Below, piece after piece: positions 28,800-38,988 of a stretch of 64,000 bases of DNA. Each line of letters begins with the position of its first letter. The first letter of the stretch is position 1. Under the pieces are notes generated by a model. It made no database searches, was not told the origin of the DNA, and was given only the letters and a program-made list of their open reading frames with translations. A program made the position numbers and the translations under genes. The DNA comes from an uncultured Candidatus Saccharibacteria bacterium (GTDB lineage: Bacteria; Patescibacteriota; Saccharimonadia; Saccharimonadales; CAIOMD01): positions 320,830 to 384,829 of the forward strand of contig OY970318.1 in NCBI GenBank assembly GCA_963716565.1, in the 5' to 3' direction.

Positions 28800-31445
28800 G
28801 TGGAAAGAGGGAGAAAAGACAAATTGTTACGGCTTAAGCATTCTTTAGGTATATCCAGCTTCTTGTTATTATTTTTCCTTTGTTCGCAATTTTCATCGGC
28901 AGCCTACGTTTTAGACAGTGATAATGGGCTTTATACCGACGACTTCGCCGATGCCACAGGCCTATATTCAACTGCTAATGCCGGTGTTAATGGTGGACTA
29001 GTCCAGCTAAGAAATGCTGGCGGCAACTATACAGCACCCTATGTAACTGGAGGCTTTGTAGTTACTAATGTCATTATGCCAAGGTCAGTTGCAAAATGGG
29101 GAACCCTTTCGTTTACCGCCAACACACCCGCCAATACATTAGTACGCGTCCAAGTATTAGATAGTGTAGGTAACACCTACACAGATAATGATCTGCCTGG
29201 CAACGAAGACGGCTTTACCAGCTCGCCGATTGATATTAGTTCCTTGTCGCCCCTCAAAGTGGCAGACGTTAGCGGAACCACCGGCGCCAAAAAGCTAAGA
29301 CTGCAGTTTAGAATTCTTTTTGCCACCGCCGACACCTCTATCACGCCTACTTTTGACAACTTAAGCTTTAGCTGGACCCCCACCCAGGGCGATTTAACAG
29401 CTTCGGCATTTTCTAGCTCTTCGCCTTGGCCATCACCGTCTGTCACTGCACAGGGAACATATCATTCACCCTACTACAACACCAGCGTATACCCAGCCAT
29501 TAAGTGGGCAACAGATAAGCAGACCACCTATCCCAGTAGCGTTGATACGTACATTTACAACAACCAACTGATTGGCACTGCCAGCAATCTTTTCCAATCT
29601 AAAGACAGGCTATACTCAATTAATCGGGATACGGGAGCAATAGTGTGGGATGTGCCTTATTTAATTAGCACCAATGGAGCAATATCAGAAAATGGGACAT
29701 TATACACCGCCGATATTTGGTACGATATCGCCATCGCAACCGATCTTAACGACGGGTCAACTAAGTGGTCCTATCAATTCAGCAACGGTCACGGCAATAG
29801 TCATGCTAGCTTAGGCAACAACGGTATTAGTTATACGATACGCAGTGGTGCCGACCAACTGTTTACTATTTATGCCTTTGAGCCCGATGGCGATCTACTT
29901 TGGGCCCACACAGAAGATCCGCCCAATAGCCTCGGAGCAACCAAGACGTCAATTGGGCCGAATGGCAGTATCTATTTAGGAACGACTACCTGGGATGGCA
30001 GTTACCAACCACTTAATCAGGGCAAGCTATATGCTTTTAACCCAGAAGACGGCAGTCTTGATTGGTCGTACGATACCGGCGACCTCAGAACCCAGCCCCT
30101 TGTTGATGCCGATGGCACAATTTATGTAGGCACTAATGGCGATGCCGCGGCCGATATAAAACTGTATGCCATCAACCCGGATGGTTCTTTGAAATGGCAA
30201 AAAAGCATTGGCCAATGCAACTCTAATTGCGATTACTTACGCGGATACTTCTCGCTCTCTTTAAGAAGTGACGGAGTCCTTTTAGGAGTGCGATTAGAAG
30301 AAATTGATGGTAATTATAATTCTATTACCCGGATAGATGCCATCGACACGACTGACGGGTCCACCATCTGGTCTGAGCCAAGCTACTCTTGGGAGGTCGC
30401 CCTCACAGCTGGTGACAACGGATATATTTCGTCAGACACAATACCAGGAGCCACAAGCCATGATTGGTCTACCGGAGTCAACCGTTTCGATACAAACAAT
30501 GATTTAACATGGCGCCTATCCTACCCCTACAACGACTTGGATGGTACAAATAATGTGATGCAATCTTTTAACGCGCTATCTCAAGACGAGAGAGGCTGGT
30601 TATATGGTGGATTTGATATGTTCTATCGTGATAGCAACTATAACTTGATACCAAGCGAAAACTTTGTTCAATTTTTTGCATTAGCGCCCTGGACATTATC
30701 GGCAACCGTTAGCGACAGCACACCAGAAGCTGGCGATACTATAACATTTACAGCCAGAAGCTCTATGCCGCAAGCCAACCCTTTGCTGGGCGGAAATAAT
30801 GCCATGCAGGTAATGTTAGATAACAGCGATGTAGTGGCCTTAACTTACTCATCCACCGATGGCGATGACTCAGTGTGGACGGGCTCTTACACAGTGCCCA
30901 GTAACTCAGCTGAGGGCACATACTCATACGCGGTCGAAGCCGCCCAAACCTATTTGCAAACCGATATAGATACTCATTTTACCTCGGCCCCCACTGAGTC
31001 CAGCAACACTGGCATTACTACAACTGGGTCCTTCGATGTCGTTATAGATCAGCCCATTGACGATGATGACGATACCCCAATTGACGACGGCGACACCCCC
31101 CCAGATGGTACCGAAAATGTAGACGATGAGGTGAATATTGGTAGCAATGCCACCCCAACAAATAGGTCCAGCAATAATCGGAGTCGCAGATTAAGCATGG
31201 CGGCAAATAGGGACACAAGCGATGTTGCTACCAGTACTAGAGAGAGCAACGTTGACCGAACCGCAAACAATAATCAGGCCAGCGATACCGATAACCAAAG
31301 CATAACCACCGAAGTCAAAACCAAAAGCTGGTATTCATCATGGTGGTTCAAAATTGGCTTACCGGCGTTTTTATTACTACCTCTTCTGTTTTTGTTTTTT
31401 CGTCGCCACACAGATGAAAACGAAGAAAGCTCAAAAAAGACTTAA
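28800..31445 (+). CDS. large surface protein with PQQ-like beta-propeller repeats, acidic linker and C-terminal TM anchor
   Basis: N-terminal signal-like helix. Repeats such as LYAFNPEDGSLDWSY and LYAINPDGSLKWQ. A DDDDDTPIDDGDTPPDG linker and a C-terminal hydrophobic helix followed by RRH. Confidence 0.6.
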   Translation: MERGRKDKLLRLKHSLGISSFLLLFFLCSQFSSAAYVLDSDNGLYTDDFADATGLYSTANAGVNGGLVQLRNAGGNYTAPYVTGGFVVTNVIMPRSVAKWGTLSFTANTPANTLVRVQVLDSVGNTYTDNDLPGNEDGFTSSPIDISSLSPLKVADVSGTTGAKKLRLQFRILFATADTSITPTFDNLSFSWTPTQGDLTASAFSSSSPWPSPSVTAQGTYHSPYYNTSVYPAIKWATDKQTTYPSSVDTYIYNNQLIGTASNLFQSKDRLYSINRDTGAIVWDVPYLISTNGAISENGTLYTADIWYDIAIATDLNDGSTKWSYQFSNGHGNSHASLGNNGISYTIRSGADQLFTIYAFEPDGDLLWAHTEDPPNSLGATKTSIGPNGSIYLGTTTWDGSYQPLNQGKLYAFNPEDGSLDWSYDTGDLRTQPLVDADGTIYVGTNGDAAADIKLYAINPDGSLKWQKSIGQCNSNCDYLRGYFSLSLRSDGVLLGVRLEEIDGNYNSITRIDAIDTTDGSTIWSEPSYSWEVALTAGDNGYISSDTIPGATSHDWSTGVNRFDTNNDLTWRLSYPYNDLDGTNNVMQSFNALSQDERGWLYGGFDMFYRDSNYNLIPSENFVQFFALAPWTLSATVSDSTPEAGDTITFTARSSMPQANPLLGGNNAMQVMLDNSDVVALTYSSTDGDDSVWTGSYTVPSNSAEGTYSYAVEAAQTYLQTDIDTHFTSAPTESSNTGITTTGSFDVVIDQPIDDDDDTPIDDGDTPPDGTENVDDEVNIGSNATPTNRSSNNRSRRLSMAANRDTSDVATSTRESNVDRTANNNQASDTDNQSITTEVKTKSWYSSWWFKIGLPAFLLLPLLFLFFRRHTDENEESSKKT

Positions 31446-32606
31446 ATCTTTAAGTTCATCCGGCAAAAAACCTTTGGGATGTTTAAAGCCAGCTTCCCAT
31501 TTGCTGCCTTGCTGATAACCTAAATCTTTCATTAGCTTAGTTGGCGCATTGCGCAAATGTATGGGCACGGGCAGGTTAGGGTACTTTTTGGCAGCTTCTT
31601 GGGCTTTAAACATGGCATTGGCCACTACACGGGATTTTTTGGCACCAGCCAAAACGGTGGCACAATGGAACAAACTATATGAACATTCCGGCATGCCTAT
31701 GCGTTCTACGGCCATAAAGGTACTGACTGCTAAATTAAGAGCTGGGCTAGCGGCTATACCAATGTCTTCGCTAGCAAAAATGACCATCCGCCTGGCAATA
31801 AATTTAGGGTCTTCGCCAGCTTCTAGCATCCGTGCCAAATAATATAAGGCCGCATTGGCGTCAGAACCACGTAAGCTTTTTATAAAAGCACTGATGACGT
31901 TATGGTGATGTTCGCCGGCCTTGTCGTAACTGGGTAATTGGCGCTGAGCGGCTTTTTTGACCGTTTCTATATCTAGCTCTTTTTTGGTTAGTTGCAAGCC
32001 CAACTCTAGGTTATTTAAGGCAATTCGGGCATCACCGCCGGATAATTCGGCGATGTACTCTAGGGCTTTGGGGTCAATTTTAACGGTAGTACCCAGCCAT
32101 TTTATAGCTCTTTTTAAGATAGTAGTTATATCTTTTTTACTTAAAGGTTCTAAAACCAATACTCGGCTACGCGAGAGTAGTGGGGAAATGACCTCGAAGC
32201 TAGGATTTTCGGTGGTGGCGCCAATTAAAATAATCAGCCCTTTTTCGACATGGGGCAAAAAGGTATCTTGCTGGGCTTTGTTGAAGCGATGAATTTCGTC
32301 TACAAACAAAACTGTTTTAGTACCTAAGCGCTGATTTTGTTCGGCTTGTTTAATAACTTGTTTTACATCGGCAATACCAGCCGCTACGGCACTGATTTCT
32401 ATAAAATCGGCTTTGGATTCTTTGGCAATTAAGCGGGCCAGGGTAGTCTTGCCGCTACCTGGCGGACCCCATAAAATTAGACTAACCGCTTGTTTATCTT
32501 TAATAATGCTCTGCAATAAACCACCCGATTTTATTAGATGGCTTTGCCCAACAACTTCCTTTAGGCTCTTTGGCCTTAGTTTCTCTGCCAACGGCTCTGT
32601 ACTCAT
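31431..32606 (-). CDS. rarA: replication-associated recombination protein A (AAA+ ATPase)
   Basis: Walker A GPPGSGKTT, FVDEIHRFNK, and an MgsA C-terminal domain. Confidence 0.85.
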   Translation of the reverse strand: MSTEPLAEKLRPKSLKEVVGQSHLIKSGGLLQSIIKDKQAVSLILWGPPGSGKTTLARLIAKESKADFIEISAVAAGIADVKQVIKQAEQNQRLGTKTVLFVDEIHRFNKAQQDTFLPHVEKGLIILIGATTENPSFEVISPLLSRSRVLVLEPLSKKDITTILKRAIKWLGTTVKIDPKALEYIAELSGGDARIALNNLELGLQLTKKELDIETVKKAAQRQLPSYDKAGEHHHNVISAFIKSLRGSDANAALYYLARMLEAGEDPKFIARRMVIFASEDIGIAASPALNLAVSTFMAVERIGMPECSYSLFHCATVLAGAKKSRVVANAMFKAQEAAKKYPNLPVPIHLRNAPTKLMKDLGYQQGSKWEAGFKHPKGFLPDELKDLSLF

Positions 32607-32675
32607 AACATATAGTGTACAGCAACTGATGTGTACAAACTACCTCTGTTGTGCTAGTATTATGACGTTGAAAAT

Positions 32676-32750
32676 GGCCTCATCTTCTAACGGTTAGGAA
32701 ATCGGGTTCTCATCCCGGCAATAGGGGTTCGATTCCCCTTGAGGTCACCA
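32676..32750 (+). tRNA. tRNA-Glu (anticodon CTC), encoded CCA
   Basis: Hand-folded cloverleaf. Acceptor GGCCTCA/TGAGGTC, anticodon arm TCGGG-TTCTCAT-CCCGG, T-arm AGGGG-TTCGATT-CCCCT. Confidence 0.9.
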
Positions 32751-32756
32751 GTATTT

Positions 32757-33119
32757 ATGAACAAACCCCTTAAAGACACTATTTTTGAACTAGAGTGTGA
32801 GCTGCAGAAACCAGAAACTCGTAAATCGGTGGAGAAATTAGACAAGATTATTTCGGATAATCTTTACGAAATAACCAGTTCTGGCAAAATCACTCACAAG
32901 CAAGATTGCCTTATTAATCTACCAAACGCACCAGAAATAAAATTCGTAATGACTAATTTTGAAATGCGGCAATTAGCGCCGGATTTGGTCCAAACATTTT
33001 TTGAAACAGAAAAAACAGTGGTGACAACCGGAGAGATAAGTCATTCTTTGCGCAGTTCAATTTGGCAAAACGAAGCCGGCACCTGGAAGATGATATTCCA
33101 CCAAGGCACCCCCAAATAG
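32757..33119 (+). CDS. small NTF2/SnoaL-like (DUF4440-like) protein
   Basis: The length and C-terminal W..E.G.WK..FHQGT pattern fit this family. The ATG at 32757 avoids the tRNA. Confidence 0.4.
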   Translation: MNKPLKDTIFELECELQKPETRKSVEKLDKIISDNLYEITSSGKITHKQDCLINLPNAPEIKFVMTNFEMRQLAPDLVQTFFETEKTVVTTGEISHSLRSSIWQNEAGTWKMIFHQGTPK

Positions 33120-33203
33120 ATTGCATTTATCTCTTAAAAACTAGATAATAAACTACAGAAATTAACCATAAGCGGCCCGGGTGGGTCAACAAGAAGCCTC
33201 TAA

Positions 33204-34475
33204 ATGTTCGGATTTGGCAATAAAGATAAAACCAAGGGCACTAGAAACTCTTTAACAACTAGCTTGCGCGACGAGCAAGCTAAGTCTGAGATTATCTTAA
33301 ATTCCATCGACGATGGCGTAGTGTTAATCGACAATCAGCGAGTTATCCATTTATTCAACAATGCCGCCCAAAATATCACCGGCTGGCAACAAAAAGACAC
33401 ACTCGGGCTAGATTGCGCATCGGTTATGAAGTTTGTAGACGAAAAGAACCAGCCCTACGATGCCAACAAAGACCCCTTTAAGAAGGTCTTTAAAGAAAAA
33501 CTAAGCATACACGATAATAGCGCCTACCTAGTAACTGTTAGCAACAACATTGTTGCCGTATCTATTAGTGTTAGCCCCTTACTAGACGAAAATAAGAATA
33601 TCACTGGCGCAGTAGGAGTTTTTAGGGACGTTACTAATCAGCGCCAGCAAGAAAAACAGCGGGCCGAATTTATATCTACAGCTAGCCACGAAATGCGCAC
33701 TCCGGTGGCCGCCATAGAAGGCTACTTAGCCCTAGCCATGAACGAAAAGGTTGCCAAAATCGACACTAAGGCTAGGGAATATCTAGAAAAAGCCCATATG
33801 AGCACCCAACACCTGGGCGAATTGTTCCAAGATCTTTTAGCCTCAGCCAAAGCTGAAGACGGTCGCCTGCAAAGCAATCCAGAAATTGTAGAAATAGGTG
33901 AATTCTTAGAACAGTTCGTAGACAGTGTCCGTTTTAGTGCCGAAAAGAAAAATCTGCTTGTCGAATACATAATCGGCGCCAGCAACAAACAACTGGTAGA
34001 CGCTCGATTTCCGGAAAGGCAGAAACTAGTTAGGCCACTATACTACGCCTACGCCGACCCCAACCGCATAAGGGAGGTCATAACCAATATTTACGACAAC
34101 GCCATTAAATACACCGAAACCGGCAAAATAACCATTGGCCTTGCCGGCGACAATAACGTAATACAAATTAGGGTAGAAGATACCGGCGCTGGCATACCGG
34201 CCGAAGACCTCCCACACCTTTTTGAGAAGTTTTACCGGGTAGACAGCTCTAAAACCCGTACTATTGGCGGTACAGGACTAGGGCTATTTATTAGCCGTAA
34301 GATCTTGGAGCTATACGACGGACGAATTTGGGTAGAAAGCAAGTTGGGCGAAGGTAGCATTTTTTACATTAATTTACCAAGGGTAGCCAACGATAAAGCC
34401 CAAGCTATACTAAACAGCCAAACTGCCCAGCAAAACGTCGCCGAATCATCTGGGGCGGCATCAACTAACGCCTAA
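33204..34475 (+). CDS. PAS-domain sensor histidine kinase
   Basis: H-box SHEMRTPV, N-box YDNAIKYT, G1 DTGAGI, G2 GGTGLGL. Confidence 0.85.
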   Translation: MFGFGNKDKTKGTRNSLTTSLRDEQAKSEIILNSIDDGVVLIDNQRVIHLFNNAAQNITGWQQKDTLGLDCASVMKFVDEKNQPYDANKDPFKKVFKEKLSIHDNSAYLVTVSNNIVAVSISVSPLLDENKNITGAVGVFRDVTNQRQQEKQRAEFISTASHEMRTPVAAIEGYLALAMNEKVAKIDTKAREYLEKAHMSTQHLGELFQDLLASAKAEDGRLQSNPEIVEIGEFLEQFVDSVRFSAEKKNLLVEYIIGASNKQLVDARFPERQKLVRPLYYAYADPNRIREVITNIYDNAIKYTETGKITIGLAGDNNVIQIRVEDTGAGIPAEDLPHLFEKFYRVDSSKTRTIGGTGLGLFISRKILELYDGRIWVESKLGEGSIFYINLPRVANDKAQAILNSQTAQQNVAESSGAASTNA

Positions 34476-34536
34476 ATTACAATAATGTTATAATAAGCGA
34501 AGTAAGCAAAAGCACTAATAACAGGTAACAAAATCT

Positions 34537-35570
34537 ATGCCAAAAATAATGCTAGTAGAAGACGATAATAATCTGCGTGAGATTTACGGTGAGCGCTTGG
34601 TTGCCGAAGGTTATGAAATCGTTTCGGCTGCCGATGGCGAAGAAGCCTTAGCGGTTGCCGTTAAAGAAAAACCGGATCTTATCATCGCCGACGTTATGAT
34701 GCCCAAAATTAGTGGCTTTGACATGCTAGATATATTGCGGCAATCCCCCGAAACTAGAGATACCAAGGTAATTATGATGACCGCCCTGAGCCAAGCCGAA
34801 GACAAAAACCGGGCCAGTGCATTAGGCGCCGATAAATACCTAGTAAAATCGCAAGTTACCCTAGAAACGTCGCCAGAGTGGTACACGATTTGCTTTACGG
34901 TGAAGATAGCCAGCCAGATACCTCGCCAACCACAGCCACACCCCAAGTAGCAGCTGCGCCAAGCGATGCATTTAGTTCGCCATCAACAAAAATTAATATT
35001 AACAATTCCTTAGGGAATGAGGACAAAAAGATGGATTTTGACCAACCAAGTACGCCACCAGCAACTAACCCAAACAACGTATCACCGCCAATGCCACCAG
35101 CGCCTGTCTCACCGCCAACGTTCAGTATGGGGCCATCGGTACCGCCAGTTGCAAACCCAGCTCCAGTAGATGCGCCTTCAGCACCAGCCGTACCGCCAGC
35201 ACCAGCACCTATGCCGGCAACACCTCCGGTAGAAAGCGCCGAAAGCGCTGCCCAAGAGACTGACGAAGTTGATGGCCAAATTAAGCAATTCGTAGACAGC
35301 AAGCCGGCCGAAGAACCTCAGCACGTTGCACCCTTAATTGAGCCTTCGCCAACAGCTCCAGCAAGCGACTTGCCGAATAATATAGTTGGGCAAACTATTA
35401 TTCAACCACTACCAGATGACCCAGCTGCTCCCAAGAAAGACATTAACCAGTTATACCAAGAAGAAATGGCCAAAGAAACAACTCCTGTTGAGCCGGCCGA
35501 AAATACCGTTGCCGAAACTACTCCAAACGACAGCAACGAACCAACGCCAACAACACCCGGCAACCTATAA
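34537..35570 (+). pseudogene. response regulator (receiver plus long Pro/Ala-rich tail) interrupted by one apparent 1-nt deletion
   Basis: Frame 1 gives a normal receiver up to YLVKSQVTLE. Frame 3 continues NVARVVHDLLYGED... through a 230-aa tail. Adding one A to the A-run (or one C to the adjacent C-run) within 34858-34867 joins the two frames. Confidence 0.7.
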
Positions 35571-35629
35571 TTAAGCTTTTTTAGAATACCGTTTAAGTAC
35601 GAGTACTATTCTTGTACACTGTTTATGAT

Positions 35630-36292
35630 ATGCGCATAAACCGTTATTTAGCCATCAGCTTGGGCATTGGCCGCCGCAAGGCCGATGAGTTAGTACTTGG
35701 TGCCCAAGTAAAAATTAATGGCCAAATAGCCAAGGTTAGCGACACCGTTAGCGATGGCGACAAAGTTGTTTATAATGACCAAGCTCTTTTGGCAAAAAAC
35801 CAGTTTACATATTTATTATTCAACAAACCCATTGGCTATGTTTGTAGCCGACAAGGGCAGGGCAGCTCAACGATTTACCAGTTGTTACCAAGCCAGTACC
35901 AACACTTAAGAATTGCCGGCCGATTAGATAAAGACTCCAGTGGTTTATTATTCTTAACCGACGACGGACAACTAATATATGATTTAACTCACCCCAAGAC
36001 TAATAAATCAAAAATGTACGAAGTTGAACTTAGCGCGCCAATTAGCGACCAAGCCGTAACGGCAATTACTCGGGGCGGAGTTAGTCTAAAAGACGGCATT
36101 AGCCGTTTTGCAGTAGAAAAATTAAGCACTAATTCGTTGAAAATAACTATGCATGAGGGACGCAACCGCCAAATTCGACGCACCTTTGAAGCCTTAGGCT
36201 ACCAAGTAGCCAAACTCCACCGCATTAGTATTGGACCATATAAAATAGGCGATTTAGCGCCTGGCAAATTCCAACCAATAAACAGGCCTTAA
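35630..36292 (+). CDS. rRNA pseudouridine synthase (RsuA/RluB family)
   Basis: S4 domain (MRINRYLA...RRKADELV) and catalytic GRLDKDSSGLLFLTDDG. Confidence 0.85.
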   Translation: MRINRYLAISLGIGRRKADELVLGAQVKINGQIAKVSDTVSDGDKVVYNDQALLAKNQFTYLLFNKPIGYVCSRQGQGSSTIYQLLPSQYQHLRIAGRLDKDSSGLLFLTDDGQLIYDLTHPKTNKSKMYEVELSAPISDQAVTAITRGGVSLKDGISRFAVEKLSTNSLKITMHEGRNRQIRRTFEALGYQVAKLHRISIGPYKIGDLAPGKFQPINRP

Positions 36293-36486
36293 TTCCTAAA
36301 GCCTTATTCACATCTTTCTCATCTGTTAGAGGACGGGCCCCTGACATATGGGCTTTTTGCTGTAGCTGGTCCGCAGTCAGATTGGTTGCGTCCCAAAGCT
36401 ATGATCATGTTCTGCAACAATTACCTATCGTTGTCTATAGTTACCAGTGTACAATCCACCTCTGTTATGGTAGTATAAACGGTGAA

Positions 36487-37830
36487 ATGAGTAATAGAGC
36501 ACCAATTGTAGCCATTGTTGGCCGAGCCAATGTAGGTAAAAGTAGCCTGTTTAACGCCATTATTGGCTACCGTGAGGCTATTGTAGCCAACGAGCCTGGT
36601 ACCACCAGGGACAACGTTACCGCCAAGGCTAGTTTTAACGGCCACGATTTTTGGCTGGTAGATACTGCCGGTATAAAAGACCCAGCGGATGATTTTGAGC
36701 TTGGCATTCAAGACCAAATTATTCAAGCCACCGATTCGGCCGATCTTATTATGGTAGTTATCGAAGCCGGAGTAGTCATTACCGACGAGGACCGCCGAGT
36801 AGCTAAACTAGCTTTAAAGAGTAAAAAATCGGTAATTTTAGTAGTTAATAAAGCCGACAAGCAGCCTAATCTAGATTTAGATTACTATTTAAAGCTTGGC
36901 ATTAAACCAATTTTTGCCACTAGCATGACCCAGCGCCAAGGCATAGGTGATTTGCTAGCAGAAGTTGTTAAAGGCTTGCCCGTAGCCACCATTAGTCAAG
37001 ATGAAAACCGCCTGCGCATAGCCTTGCTGGGCCGCCCAAACGTTGGCAAAAGCCATCTTTTTAACACTCTAGCCAACAAGCAGCAAGCTTTGGTTAGCAG
37101 CCAAGCTGGCACCACCAGAGATATCAACAGGGTAGTAGTTAAATACAAAGGCCAAGAAATAGAATTATTAGACACGGCTGGTATCAGACGCAACGGCAAG
37201 ATCGAAGTTGGAATCGAAAAATTCAGCGTTTTAAGAAGTCTAAACGCCATTGAACAAGCCGATGTTTGTTTGTTGTTAATTGATACCAATGAAATTAGCG
37301 TTCAGCTAGACCAAAAAATTGCCGGCTTAATTAAAGAAGCAGGCAAGGGCTTGATATTGGTGGTATCTAAATGGGATAACGTAGACGATAAAGACGCCTA
37401 TACGCGTGATAAATTAGCTGGCCGAATAACTTACAATTTTGATTTTACACCTTGGGCACCATTAATTTTTACCAGCGCCGTAACCGGCCAGAACGTTACT
37501 AAAATCTTTGAGTTGGCCAGTGAAATTGTTAAAAACCGCAGTCAGCGCGTTGCTACACCAGTGCTAAACCGATGGCTAAAAGCTTGCACCGATAGCCACC
37601 CACCAGCTGGCCTTAAAAACCGCAATCCTAAGCTTAATTACATTACCCAAACAGACGACGTAACGCCCACCTTTAAAGTATTTGGTGCCCATACTAAATT
37701 TTTGCACTGGAGCTACCGACGCTATTTAGACAAACAATTACGCCAGTCGTTCGGCTTTGAAGGTGCGCCAATCAAATTTTACTTTTTAGAAAAGCACATC
37801 GACCGCAAAAAAGCCTATAATAATGAGTAG
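36487..37830 (+). CDS. der: ribosome biogenesis GTPase Der (EngA)
   Basis: Two G domains (GRANVGKSS and GRPNVGKSH) plus a KH-like C-terminus. I prefer the ATG at 36487. Confidence 0.9.
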   Translation: MSNRAPIVAIVGRANVGKSSLFNAIIGYREAIVANEPGTTRDNVTAKASFNGHDFWLVDTAGIKDPADDFELGIQDQIIQATDSADLIMVVIEAGVVITDEDRRVAKLALKSKKSVILVVNKADKQPNLDLDYYLKLGIKPIFATSMTQRQGIGDLLAEVVKGLPVATISQDENRLRIALLGRPNVGKSHLFNTLANKQQALVSSQAGTTRDINRVVVKYKGQEIELLDTAGIRRNGKIEVGIEKFSVLRSLNAIEQADVCLLLIDTNEISVQLDQKIAGLIKEAGKGLILVVSKWDNVDDKDAYTRDKLAGRITYNFDFTPWAPLIFTSAVTGQNVTKIFELASEIVKNRSQRVATPVLNRWLKACTDSHPPAGLKNRNPKLNYITQTDDVTPTFKVFGAHTKFLHWSYRRYLDKQLRQSFGFEGAPIKFYFLEKHIDRKKAYNNE

Positions 37831-37913
37831 CAACTATTATGGCCTTATTTCAAAGACGACCAGCAACTTATAACCAAGACCTGCCGTATACAATCGCTTA
37901 TTCTGGGGCAACT

Positions 37914-38486
37914 ATGCTTATAGTTGGCCTAGGTAACCCCGGTAAAAAATATGATGGCACGCGCCACAACGTGGGTTTTGAAGTATTAGATAAATTCTTA
38001 GAAGCCAACGAGTTTGAGCCCTTTAAAGAAAATAAGAAATTTAGAGGCCTTATTACCGAAAGGGTACTGGGCAGCTGTCGGGTTATCTTATTTAAACCCA
38101 CAACCTATATGAACTTAAGTGGCGAAGCAACCAGACTAGTAGCCGATTACTATAAAATCAACCCAGTTAATTTAATTGCCGTTTATGACGAATTAAGTTT
38201 AGACTTTGGCACAATCCGTAGCCGCGTAGGCGGCCAATCGGCCGGCCATAACGGTGTAAAATCGCTCATTCAGCACTTAAACACCGCCGATTTCGGCCGT
38301 TTAAGAATTGGTATTAATAACGAACTCTCCAAAACCCAAGATTCTAGTGATTTCGTTTTAAAACGCTTCACCAAAGAAGAGCAGACAAAAGTACCAGATA
38401 TTGCCAACGAAGCCTGCACCATGCTCACCGAATTCATCTTCGGCAACAAAATCACCGAAGAAACCCGTCAAATAGATGTTAGATAA
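37914..38486 (+). CDS. pth: peptidyl-tRNA hydrolase
   Basis: MLIVGLGNPGKKYDGTRHNVGF. The ORF is open from 37839, but the canonical N-terminus starts at 37914. Confidence 0.85.
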   Translation: MLIVGLGNPGKKYDGTRHNVGFEVLDKFLEANEFEPFKENKKFRGLITERVLGSCRVILFKPTTYMNLSGEATRLVADYYKINPVNLIAVYDELSLDFGTIRSRVGGQSAGHNGVKSLIQHLNTADFGRLRIGINNELSKTQDSSDFVLKRFTKEEQTKVPDIANEACTMLTEFIFGNKITEETRQIDVR

Positions 38487-38988
38487 TGGACGTTGGATGA
38501 TAGATAAAAACAAATTAAAAAGTACCATTCGGCAAATTGCCAAAGATGCGCAAGCATTAAAAGATGAGTTTGTTAACGAGCAAGAAGCTCAAATAAGTGA
38601 GTGCTGCGTATTTTGTAAGGACAACCGGGAATACAGAGAACTTATTGAGGCGATCTGCCCGACAGGGCGCATCGCCAAAGAAACACCTAGCGGACCAGTT
38701 TACATTGTGCCAGATATAGTAACTAGCGCCGGGTTGGTGCATATTGTAAAAATCCGCCTACCAGACCCAACAAGACTAGAGCGGGGCTACGCTGACTTTA
38801 CTGCTAAAGATTATCAAGCTCTAAAAGAGCATTGCAGCAACAAAGCTGAGTGCAAGGTAATACAACGTGAAGAATTCGAAATGATTGAACTGATGGCAGA
38901 TGGCCACGATGTGCGTATCTATTTTTCTAATCCTCCAGTTACACAACACACTGGCATCCGCGAAGCCCTAGCAAAATATAGTTCTTAA
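38476..38988 (+). CDS. hypothetical protein
   Basis: 170-aa ORF with no motif recognised. The start could be 38497. Confidence 0.45.
   Translation: MLDNGRWMIDKNKLKSTIRQIAKDAQALKDEFVNEQEAQISECCVFCKDNREYRELIEAICPTGRIAKETPSGPVYIVPDIVTSAGLVHIVKIRLPDPTRLERGYADFTAKDYQALKEHCSNKAECKVIQREEFEMIELMADGHDVRIYFSNPPVTQHTGIREALAKYSS

Noticed and set aside
28800-31445. C-terminus of the PQQ-propeller protein as a sortase sorting signal
   Set aside because: A hydrophobic helix plus basic tail is present, but no LPXTG/LAXTG-like pentapeptide precedes it.
36293-36486. UGUAGCUGG, shared with E. coli 4.5S RNA, suggesting a possible SRP RNA upstream of der
   Set aside because: The conserved domain IV (GNRA tetraloop and symmetric/asymmetric loops, ...GGAAGCAGCC...) is absent and I found no convincing long hairpin.
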